A DNA stretch of 64,000 bases from Lepidodermella squamata (Eukaryota; Animalia; Gastrotricha). A program made the translations under genes and the position numbers. This document shows, piece by piece, positions 1-11,030 of the stretch. The notes beneath the pieces are model-generated. The model was not told the origin of the DNA. It did not search any database and saw nothing but the letters and a program-made list of their open reading frames with translations. The DNA is taken from the NCBI GenBank assembly GCA_047495785.1, contig JBLDXI010000042.1, positions 2,542,001-2,606,000 of the forward strand, written 5' to 3'. Each line of letters begins with the position of its first letter. The stretch's first letter is position 1.

Positions 1-38
1 GGTTCGGAGTCAGAAGACGGTGTTGATGTCTTCATGGC

Positions 39-413
39 TTATTTCGAGCTGGTGTACTTGGTGACGGCCTTGGTACCTTCTGAAACGGCGTGCTTGGCAA
101 GCTCGCCAGGCAGAAGGAGACGCACAGCCGTTTGTACCTCTCGACTGCTGATGGTGGCCTTCTTGTTGTAGTGGGCCAGGCGCGACGACTCGAGAGCGAT
201 GCGCTCGAAGATGTCGTTGACGAACGAGTTCATGATGGCCATAGCCTTGCCGGAGATGCCGGTGTCAGGGTGAACCTGCTTCAACACCTTGTAGATGTAG
301 ATGTTGTACGACTCGCGGCGGCGATGACGCTTTTTCTTCTCACCAGCGGTCTTCGGCTTCGCGGCCTTCTTCGAACCCTTCGAGGCAACTTTACCAGTAA
401 CCTTCGGCGACAT
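39..413 (-). CDS. H2B: Histone H2B
   Basis: Intronless; MSPKVTGK...[23 protein letters not shown]...AVTKYTSSK. Likely ATG is at 413, not the ORF-track start at 482. Any 3' stem-loop would lie outside the window. Confidence 0.98.
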   Translation of the reverse strand: MSPKVTGKVASKGSKKAAKPKTAGEKKKRHRRRESYNIYIYKVLKQVHPDTGISGKAMAIMNSFVNDIFERIALESSRLAHYNKKATISSREVQTAVRLLLPGELAKHAVSEGTKAVTKYTSSK

Positions 414-807
414 GATGATTGATTTAGATTGTAAGCGGTGATAAAGCGAAAAGTTAATACAACTTCCGAACAATCTAGGCACGCAATTTCGCTATCGTTA
501 TAACATCCGGTCGGCATTAGCGCGCGCGTCCTGTTACGCTAACGAGTGTGGCGTTTCAAATTAAGATGCGCACGTGCCTCGCAGCCAATAAATTTCGAGC
601 AACGACGCGCGCGCGGTAAAACTACGCAATTTGATTGGCTAATAAAGTAGTAAACACCGAGTTTGAAAATTTGAACTTTTTAAATTGGAAAATCAACGCC
701 AAAGTGGGGTATATAAGAGAAAATCAGGTGCTCGGCAAAATTTGTTCGTGCTCAGACTGCAAATTTCGCATTCTTTTCGCTTTTAAAACTCAACAACATC
801 ATCAACA
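414..807. promoter_or_regulatory. Bidirectional H2B/H2A promoter
   Basis: CCAAT boxes (agccaat ~583, gattggct ~633), TATATAA ~710, (GC)n tracts at ~520 and ~606. Confidence 0.75.
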
Positions 808-1251
808 ATGTCCGCTCCAGCTGCTGGTCGTGGTAAGGGAGGCAAGGCTAACCGCCAGAAGGCCAAGACGAAGTCATCGCGTGCTGGTCTCCAATTTCCG
901 GTCGGTCGTATCACCCGTCTGTTGAAGCGCGGTAACTACGCCGAGCGTGTCGGCGCAGGTGCGCCCGTGTACCTCGCCGCCGTCATGGAGTACCTGGCAG
1001 CTGAAGTGCTCGAGTTGGCCGGTAACGCCGCTCGTGATAACAAGAAAACGCGCATCGTGCCTCGCCACATCCAACTGGCCATCCGCAACGACGAGGAGTT
1101 GAACAAGCTGCTGTCGCACGTTACGATTGCTCAGGGTGGTGTTCTGCCCAACATCCAGACCGTCCTGCTGCCCAAGAAGTCGGCTGAGGCACCCGCTGCC
1201 AAGCCGGCGTCTGGTGGCAAGAAGAAGGCCGCCGCTAGCCAATCTCAGTAA
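808..1251 (+). CDS. H2A: Histone H2A with an extended H2A.X-like tail (...[13 protein letters not shown])
   Basis: [11 protein letters not shown]...[16 protein letters not shown]...[12 protein letters not shown] core; followed by a stem-loop. Confidence 0.97.
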   Translation: MSAPAAGRGKGGKANRQKAKTKSSRAGLQFPVGRITRLLKRGNYAERVGAGAPVYLAAVMEYLAAEVLELAGNAARDNKKTRIVPRHIQLAIRNDEELNKLLSHVTIAQGGVLPNIQTVLLPKKSAEAPAAKPASGGKKKAAASQSQ

Positions 1252-1291
1252 GCGACATCATCATCTGGCAGCTTTTCAAAAAGCATGAACC

Positions 1292-1327
1292 GGCCCTTTT
1301 CAGGGCCACAAGTTATTGCAACAGTGT
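1292..1327 (+). promoter_or_regulatory. Histone 3' stem-loop plus conserved downstream element (H2A)
   Basis: GGCCCT-TTTC-AGGGCC at 1292-1307, then ACAAGTTATTGCAACAGTGT; AATAAA at 1328. Confidence 0.93.
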
Positions 1328-3023
1328 AATAAAAGTCATTCCCGTTTCAAAAGAAATAAATTTGATTTGAAAAACAAATTACAATTTCCGTGACTCGTAT
1401 CAGTCTCGATGCACATCACGCCAACTTTTTGTCTATTGTCGTCGTTTTCTCTCGATAAATATTGTCTTGGCAGGGAAAGCAGACATCCTTTAATAATTAA
1501 CAACATTAATTTTTAACAACTTTAGCGTCATCCGATGTCGCATTTGACATGGGTGTTTACCTATTGTTCATGTGAGGCAAACAAAGCGGGGAACGATGCC
1601 GGAATTATTATAAATTCAATGTTTTCTGACTTACGCCGCCGCGCCGTATAGCTGTCGAGCTAATATTATATTCATTGGAAAATGCAAAGTGAAGCAGGAT
1701 TATACTGGCAGTCGAAAATTCTGAGCAACTGAGCCAAGCCACTATTAAGCCGTAAAGTCGAATTCCAGCTGCTGATCAAGCCTTATTTAAGCGCTATTTT
1801 CAACAATAATTCAATCCAGCTCACTAAAAATATAATTAATTAGCCTTTTATTATTTGAATGATTTACTGCGCGGCGTTTATCTGGTGTTGCGAGACCGTG
1901 AAATAAGATGGGGAATGGGGGAGAAAGATCCCGCCGGAGAGCAGCGGCAAAAACAAGATATAAATTTACTTTCTTGAAGTTGGAAATATTTCGGAAAACA
2001 TAAAATGAAGCTGAGAACAGCAGAATCAAAGTTCGAGGCGGAATCGACGCAACTCATGTCTGTCGCAGGAAATTCGTGCAGAATTATAATTTTGGCTGAA
2101 AAATATAGAAACATAATATATCTGCCATAAATTCATGTGAAATTATTATTGAGAATATTCATTTTATATTTAAGAATGCTGCCTTCTTTCACAGTTCTTA
2201 TGGCGATAAAAAATTGGAAATGAAAAACCGCTTTTTCATGATTTTTTTTCCTCTCGAAGTTCCTCATAGACGAAATTTTCAAACGCTGAAAGGAAATAAA
2301 TTTTTTTTCAAAATTTTCAATTTCCTGAAGCTTTTCCAGAATCTTCATAAAGATCGCCGATCTCGAGATAAACGGACGGGGTTGGTAGTGCAATAAATTA
2401 ACTGCTTCCTCGCCAATCGGTCGAACTTCTACTGAACCGTAATACACCTTAGTACTGAACCTGCGGAATTTTCAGCTGAATACAACCGCGCTGTCAGGTT
2501 TCAAACGGTAAAAAGTCAATGTTCGAAAAACCATCGAAAAAACATTTCCGATGATGAATAATTTGATTTTTTATTTAGCTCATGAGTGTTTTAACTAATG
2601 CGATCGAGCGAATTCTTTTCTTGCATTCTGCCTTTCCCTTATTGTCATAATTAATTTATATCTGTAAGGCTCGTAAGGATAACAGCTGACTGTACGCATA
2701 TTGCCCGCAGTAAAATTGTCCGAAAAATAAACACTGAAGATGATCGCAGAATTTCCGATGAGCTTAAATTATGCACAGCTTTTGAGCGCGCGAGTTCGAC
2801 TTGAACGCCGATCGTTGACCAGGCTACAATAGAGCTTGTATCTATGTGGATAAAGTAAATATTGTAAAACAATGGCTCCTATTTGTTAACTGGCGAAGTT
2901 CAGTATGACGAAAAACTGAACTGACCGACTTCGATGTCTCCACACGCTCCAGTACATACTACTGGTTTTTAAATAAAGAAGAACAATTTATTCGAAGAAA
3001 AGCTATTTAAAAATATAAGCTAC

Positions 3024-3292
3024 ATGAAGGCTGAAGTATTACTCTCGATAACCTTGTTGGTCGAGTTCAGCCTTGTCATTGGTAATTGTTATTTTAATTA
3101 CGAAATATGCTAATGTTCTGAATACTTTAAGTTGGCGTTTACGGTGGTGGCGGCGGAAGTTACTACTATACCCCGTTTTGCGATCAAAGCGACAAAAACA
3201 TAAAGTGCGAACATGGAGGCACCTGCGTTTATGGCAAATACTGCTTTTGCACAAGCCCGAACTACGGCGTGTACTGCAAGAACGGTGCGTAA
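3024..3292 (+). CDS. Small secreted single-EGF-domain protein (~72 aa, 2 exons; absent from the ORF track)
   Basis: Exon 3024-3081 MKAEVLLSITLLVEFSLVI; phase-1 intron 3082-3131 (gtaatt...ttaag); exon 3132-3292 VGVYGGGGGSYYYTPFCDQSDKNIKCEHGGTCVYGKYCFCTSPNYGVYCKNGA* with EGF 6-Cys spacing. A GTGCGT at 3285 could extend the gene. Confidence 0.8.
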
Positions 3293-3957
3293 CATTTTGA
3301 GTGAATGATAATTTCGACTTGGAACGTCCCGTGGCGTCTGTCCCGAGGCGACGACATTATTATCATAAACTATATATAAATCTTAGCAATTATCGCAAAC
3401 TATTGCCAAATATCAGATACTAAGTGAAAGTGAATCCCAAGCTCAGATTCAAACTTCAAACCAAATTTTAGAAATCTGAGCGCAAAAACTTCGTTATAGC
3501 CCTTTTTTACGCAAATTAGTACTTACCATATTTTACGAATTATAAGAAACTGTCCTCCAATTTTTTCAAACGGGGTTCAAGTCCTGCCGGTATTTCGTCG
3601 TCGGTCGTGCAGCCAAAAGTATCATATCCAAGATTTTTAATTTTGAGATAAATCGGAAAACAGCTATATTTTCAAAATTTTCTATAAAATATGTCACGAG
3701 TCACTAGTCGAATAACGGGGTAGTTAATCACGGCGGATTGAATGGTGCCATTTTCTTGAAGCTGGCTATTTTTACCGGTGATGCACCGTTTTCGCGCCGC
3801 CGCGTCGAGACATCGGTTGGACATAATACTGTTTTTGTACTTTTTTCTGGTTAGTAAATTTTGTTAGGTCGCGGCTCGATTCCTCATACCCACATAACCT
3901 TTTTTAAGCTATTTTATTTTTAAGCGTGGACCAAGAGGATAATTGTTTCACTTGGTA

Positions 3958-4110
3958 TCAAAATCGCACTCCTGTGGTTCGATTTCTCATGCACGCGATC
4001 ATCTTCAACACATTGGCGATGTCAGCAGCGTCCAGGCCCCTCAGAGCCTTGAACAGGGAAAGTGTAGGAGCTGCCTTCTTCTTCTTTTTCCCGCCTTTAT
4101 TGCCGGCCAT
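3958..4110 (-). CDS. Candidate 50-aa Lys-rich microprotein
   Basis: MAGNKGGKKKKKAAPTLSLFKALRGLDAADIANVLKMIACMRNRTTGVRF*; GC-richer than its flanks; minus-strand AATAAA at ~3913-3918. Confidence 0.5.
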   Translation of the reverse strand: MAGNKGGKKKKKAAPTLSLFKALRGLDAADIANVLKMIACMRNRTTGVRF

Positions 4111-4420
4111 CGTAAGAAGTAGTTAAGTAAGTGTACCGCTACAGTAGCGCAAGCAGAAACACAAATACGTGTAAAAACCTCAGAAAATTTAATATTCAAT
4201 CGCAGATCAATGAAAATCTGCTGTTTTGAATTTTCCTGTTTTGAAATTAGCCCAACTAGAGGGGCCGTTAGGTTTAGCCCCGAGAATGTGTTTGGGCTTG
4301 TCCGGCAAAAAGCGGCAGATTTTGTACGTTAATTTCAAGTTTGAATTCTTATGCGACACCGTCAATATTTTTTTCTTCATATCGGCTGATTTTATTCAAT
4401 TGTTCACCTCATTTGGTTTA

Positions 4421-4456
4421 ACACTGTTGCAAAAACTTGTGGCCCTGAAAAGGGCC
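4421..4456 (-). promoter_or_regulatory. Histone 3' stem-loop plus downstream element (H4)
   Basis: Minus strand GGCCCTTTTCAGGGCC then ACAAGTTTTTGCAACAGTGT; AATAAA at 4391-4396. Confidence 0.93.
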
Positions 4457-4505
4457 GGTTAGGGCTGATGACGCTGATGTTGAGAGCAGTCGATTGATGG
4501 TGATC

Positions 4506-5496
<991 letters not shown>

Positions 5497-5530
5497 GCGT
5501 CTGTCACCGGAATAAGTCCTCACACCGACC

Positions 5531-5565
5531 GGCCCTTTTCAGGGCCACAAGTTTTGCATCAGTGT
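5531..5565 (+). promoter_or_regulatory. Histone 3' stem-loop plus downstream element (H3)
   Basis: GGCCCTTTTCAGGGCC then ACAAGTTTTGCATCAGTGT; AATAAA at 5593. Confidence 0.93.
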
Positions 5566-5726
5566 ATTCAAACCTGTAATATTGTTTTACGAAATAAAAT
5601 AAATTTTGCCTGAAAAATAACGCCGAGCCGAGTTAAAAAAGGGATTTATTTCGGAAACAAGCATAGGTGCGTCATATTGATCGTTTTGAATTCAATTCAG
5701 ATTCATGCTCAGTCACTTTTCGCTCA

Positions 5727-5942
5727 TCAGTTTTTCAATTTTCCGACACCGATGTAAGCGCAAACGTCAATTCCATCGTCGCACGAGGCGAAAGGCCCCT
5801 TCCAGCACTTGACCGCGCAGTTCGAACCGCTCATGTTTGAACAGCCTTGGTAGCATTTCGAGGTGAAGACGAACAGAATAGTCGCGACAACTAGAAGCAG
5901 TACAAAGGCTACTGGAGCCCCGATGCAGCAGAGAAGCTTCAT
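5727..5942 (-). CDS. Small Cys-rich secreted or membrane peptide (71 aa)
   Basis: Hydrophobic N-terminus then 6 Cys (CYQGC..CAVKC..C..C); minus-strand AATAAA at 5645-5650. Confidence 0.6.
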   Translation of the reverse strand: MKLLCCIGAPVAFVLLLVVATILFVFTSKCYQGCSNMSGSNCAVKCWKGPFASCDDGIDVCAYIGVGKLKN

Positions 5943-6534
5943 TATTCTGTTGAGGTTTCAAAAAATAACAATCTAAAATAAATATTTATTTTTTTCTGGG
6001 AGCGTTAAGTTGTTCTTCCGTAAATAAACAGTAGGTATCTAACAGTTTTGGTAATTATCATGAATATTCTGGTAATAAAAATTAAGAAGCTCTGCTAAAA
6101 ATTAAGAGCGCAGCATCTGCACACCGAAAATGATTAACTGAATAAATTTTGGTATTTTATGGCCCGAAAATAGAATCCAATGGCCAGAATTGAAGCGAGG
6201 AGGCGAGGCTTTCATGCGTAATCTATCTCAATTATTTCGGAAAATATGGCTTTGTACTGCTGCCAAGATGTGGGAAGCAGATCGCTAACACGCGATTGGT
6301 TTCTTGAATGAGTAATAGCTGATTCGGCAAAAAACAGCTATTATTCATCGTATTGTTTTTATTCTTATCGGAAGTTAGCCATAAAATTGTCGCTCATCCT
6401 ATGCGACACGTGCCCTCATTAACGATGGTGCAACCGGGTCATAAAGCTGCACCGCCCGCCGTTCAGTCGCGTTGTTTGCAATACGATAGCTTTTTTTGTC
6501 ACATTACTCGATTTTTGTCATAAAAATCACAACA

Positions 6535-7221
6535 ATGGTCTTGTCTCATAAATCAGCTGTATTTCTGTCGATTTTACTCCTGATTTTCGGCGCGGCATCG
6601 GCCGAGTTTCCCGGATCTGGTGATGGAGAAAAGGAGACGGTCAATGAGGAAACAGTCGTTGTCTCAACTATCCCAGTTACCACTGCAATGCCGACGTCAC
6701 ATCTTCCGGAAGGAATAATAGAGAAGGAAGGCTTTCTCAACGACACCAAGTCCGCTGATGACGGGTCCAGCCATCGTGACATCGTGAGTGATCGGAGTAA
6801 GATGGGAGATTCGCCATTTAATGGTCCTTTAATCAGGGGACTAGCGGCGGCGGATGATGAAAGTGGAAATAAGTCGACGGTCACCCACAAAATTATCGAA
6901 GACGGCCATGACGATGTGGAGTTGCAGCCTCATTCTGGCGAAAACATTGATGATTCGGCATTACCTGCGGCTCCTGAACGGCAACTGGCGGGCTCTGTTT
7001 CAGAGTCAAAGTCGAAACAAGACCCACCAGGACCGGCTCCTCCGCGCGAAAAGCCAGTAGCAAGCCAGCAAAGTGAGACCAATAACTCAGCTCAAGATCG
7101 CCTAGGAGGTTTGTGCTACTTTCACATAATATTTTATTGTCAAATTTTCCTATTTTTTTCTACAGTTTACTGCAGCGTAATCGGCCTCGCTGTGGGTTTG
7201 GTCGTCGTCAGTGTTTGGTAA
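6535..7221 (+). CDS. Putative GPI-anchored mucin/proteoglycan-like surface protein A
   Basis: Signal peptide, GSGD motif, low-complexity S/T/E/D/P body; intron 7109-7165; tail NNSAQDRLGVYCSVIGLAVGLVVVSVW*. Confidence 0.75.
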   Translation: MVLSHKSAVFLSILLLIFGAASAEFPGSGDGEKETVNEETVVVSTIPVTTAMPTSHLPEGIIEKEGFLNDTKSADDGSSHRDIVSDRSKMGDSPFNGPLIRGLAAADDESGNKSTVTHKIIEDGHDDVELQPHSGENIDDSALPAAPERQLAGSVSESKSKQDPPGPAPPREKPVASQQSETNNSAQDRLGGLCYFHIIFYCQIFLFFSTVYCSVIGLAVGLVVVSVW

Positions 7222-7658
7222 AACGGAGCTTGGAAAAATTACCTATAACTATAGCTTTACTTCTTTACTGTTGTTGCTGTTTGAATTTAAATGAGAAGCT
7301 TGCGCTTGTTTGATTTCTGATGTTGATGATTGGTTTGATCAGATTCTGCTGGAAAATAAAATTTGATTTTTTTTAATCACGATTTATTCCGACTCGGGAA
7401 ATTCTCACGACATAAATGTTCAAGAGTAAGGAAAAAGGGAACTGTAATCCCACCTGACTGCTGATATATAATTTATGTTCGGCATATTTTTCCACTCACG
7501 TTCGCTACCACCAGGAACTACCAGCCTGAACAGCCAGAATAAGCATCCTGGGAAATAAATTATCGCGAGAGTTCAGAACTAGACTGAATTTATTGCAGCT
7601 GCCTTCTCGTTTTAAAACCATTATTAAAAGCTGTATTTTTAATAATTAAATAATTAGG

Positions 7659-8668
7659 ATGAAGGGACACTGCAATTCGATTTTATTCTTGATTTTAATC
7701 CCAGCGATAGCAGCTCAGGAACCTTTTCCTCCCGCTGGAAATGGCGAAAAAGATTACGAGACTGCCTACAATGCTGTAACTGCGGGTTCGATAAAAGATT
7801 CAGGCATTCGAACCCCGGCCAACAGCGTGATGCCAGTTGATAGCGCGTCGACTAAACTGGATTTGTCCTTAATCACCCTGGAGCCGAAATCGAAAAATGG
7901 GGAAGATCGAGCTTCAAGCTCTGAGAATAACGTGGTGAAATTTCCGAAGAATGCGCAAACTACGAGAGCTATCGAGAGCTTTCAAAAACAAGAACTTCCC
8001 ACCGAATCTCCGAAAATCGAGAAGCCATCCCTGGTCCAAGCTTCGCCCATACCGGTTGCTGAAAAGTCTTCAACCTTCGTCGAAGATGTTGCCAACAAGA
8101 CGCGAGGTTCAACTGCAGAAGAAAATTCATCAACCAAATTGTTTTCTAGTCCTGATACCACGACAATTATCCCTGATCGTGTTACAGTTAATGAGGTAAC
8201 AAAATTAAAGACAGCAGATTTAAGCACAACGATCGAAACGATTGACCCAAATTACGGTCAAAGAGAGGTCAGCGATTCGAATCCAGCGACAACTAAATTC
8301 GCGAACGGTTTTAATCCCGCTGTCGAGGTAGGCAGTGAAGCAGATCTGCCTTTAGTTCCAATTGCCCCGAAACACATTGCGCCCTTAATTATCGATGATG
8401 ATCGAGCCGAGGCTTTCGAACCCAAGAAAGCTAATCAGGAACGCCTAATTGCAACAAAATCACCTATCACTGAGAGTAGCGGAAATGGCGCCAACACCAA
8501 GGCTGTCAATCTCGAGAAATTTTGGGTCGATCCTAAAAAATCGGAGGCAGAAATCCGTAGGCTTAATCATTTCGAAATTCTCACCACAAAATTATTTGTG
8601 TTTCAGCTCGCCGAGATCGTTCCTGTATCATGGCTCTTTTATTGACTGCTGCGATTTTCGTCTTTTGA
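7659..8668 (+). CDS. Putative GPI-anchored mucin-like surface protein B (tandem relative of A)
   Basis: Signal peptide, FPPAGNGEKD start, S/T/P-rich body; intron 8557-8606 gives tail SEAEIPRRDRSCIMALLLTAAIFVF*. Confidence 0.72.
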
Positions 8669-11030
8669 AATGAAGAAGAAATAATGATAGAAATTCGAGT
8701 TTTATCTGACAATTTCGTTAATTTTGCTAATTTTCTGGCATTCAAAGGTCAGGTAGCTGGATTAATAAATTTCCGAAGAAATACGCACATAATGACACAT
8801 TTTTCGTCGTCGTTTTTCCGAGTAATTTTTTGCTTTCAACCATTTTTTTCCGTGCGCTGATTTTTTGGTTGTGAATCATGCACATATCGGCGCGTAGCCA
8901 TTGCGTCGCCTCCTGATCACGGCGTGACAGCACTTGCTTTCACGCTTCAGCGGATATTTAACTTCATGTCGAAATGGGCTTTTTCACAGCTTCAAGCATT
9001 TTTTAGCAGTGACAATAAGACCAAAATTCGCTTAAAACACACTGTTTTCAATTTTCAAACTCGTCAAACCGTTGTTACCTGATGTTATTCATACCGGCCG
9101 GTATTGGCAACGAGTGAATCCCGAATCCCTTTGGTGAGGCGTTTTCGATTTCAATTTCACCGACATGAAATCCGCAAACAATTTGAAGTCTTTGAAAATA
9201 ACGTCAGGTTTGCCAACTTTCTTACCAATCTCTTTGATGTTTCAAAAGTTTAATTTTAGCTGTTTTGATGCTGCGTGAGCCGATCGACACAAAACTCTGC
9301 GTTTCAAGTTTCAACCCGTCATTTATACAGAAGACAACGCCAAGAAGATTCTGTTTGTCTATTCTACCTCTCTCTGTTTAAATTTCATCTTGTAGATATC
9401 TTTGTTACCCTTTTGCCCGAAGGTTTTGCCGTTTTGCATGAGCCAGGGCCAATTTATTATATAATATTAATCTTTAAAGGCATCTAAAAACCTATTGGTT
9501 GCATTGGTTTCCTTTAAAGTTCATTTTCAAATTTCACTTGCGATCTTCTTTCGATCTGATTGCAATCTCAGCAGCCCTAGTTTTTAAATAATTAATCAAA
9601 ATTATTATACAACAAAAATAGAAAAAATCGTTTCTTGAAATATCTTGAAAAAAATTCTATTAAACAGTGGAGATTTGTGCTTCGTGTGGAATTAATGCTT
9701 CAATTTCCTTTTGTAAATCATTCAGCACAACGCTTCTGTCAGTTCACCTGTATATATTGTAAATATAATTAAAGTGCTATCATTTCCTCTCCTAACTGTA
9801 AATAGCCGTAGGTAATATGCCATCGCGCATTATATTTTTCTTCTAGTAATATGGATGGCTGAGTCTTGTCAAATTGTGTTCTATGTTCTATGTTACGCCT
9901 GACCTTGTATAATGTCTGTGAAAAATGTGCTGCTAAAGTCTCTTTCAACCGTGTCGAATCGTTCATCGATCGTCGACAATCCTTAGACTAATGTTTTATC
10001 TTTCATTGACCTAATTATTTCACTTTCCTCACTCCTCACTTCTCCTCACTTTCGTGTGCTTCTTCTGTTGATGCCTACTAAAATATTTAAAAGAACATGC
10101 ATTGTTCTGTCGAAATTGTATTTGATTTTTCCTCATTTCCTCATCATGTCTCGATTTCAATTTCTCCTTTGGACTGGCCACCTTGACCTTGCTGTCTATG
10201 ACGCCTGGCCACCATTCAAATTATTATGATGCTAAAAAAACTGTTGAGAATGATACAAAACTCGTGAGATAGAGCGCTAAAAGTGTCAGGTTTCGCTCTG
10301 ATTCTGTGAAAGCTACCTTTCATCTATTGAATGAATTTGATCAAAAGCCTTCGTGTCTCGATGACAAATTGTCAATTATTCGCATCGCCTATTCGTTTCG
10401 TGCGACACTGAACTAATTGCTCTGGCTGATATACAATTGTTTTTGCTCAAAAGAAATAAACTCACATTTGCTGCACAAAATTGTTTTCAATCGTTCATTT
10501 TTTATTTTTTTCCCTCATTTTCAAGTCAACAATATTTTTGGCTACTTGCATCATCGTGCAAATCAAACTGAGTAATAATGACACGTTGCGGAAGAAACGG
10601 AACATAAAATTCACGATTATTTGGAAGGTTTCGAAAATGCTTCGTGAAGTCAGTGAGGAAATAACGTTTTGAAAATGAGAGTCAAACTTAACACCGGCAC
10701 TTTTTTTAATGTTCTGCGACTACAACAACAATCGGGCGATAGGAGAAGCAGAAACTAACGTGAATAAACTAGAGTTGAGAGTTCATTTTGATATCACACG
10801 TGATTAAATGTTAAGACACCTGAATGCGTACTGGTTGTATTTCACGATAATGACTTCAAAGCAGATGATTTCATAATACTCTAATGAAGCGACTATTTTC
10901 GAGGTTTTAAAAAGTTCTCGTCTAACAAGGATGCAATTTTATTATAATCAGTTATAATATCATAAAAATCACGAAAAATGCTATAATATTTGCATATATT
11001 TATATATTGGTGAGGCATTCACAATTTCAC

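Noticed and set aside
1811-2872. Short ORFs between H2A and the EGF gene
   Set aside because: No recognisable domain and I could not build a consistent exon chain.
3571-3905. Two B-box-like motifs (GGTTCAAGTCC, GGCTCGATTCC)
   Set aside because: No matching A-box or cloverleaf; at most decayed tRNA-derived fragments.
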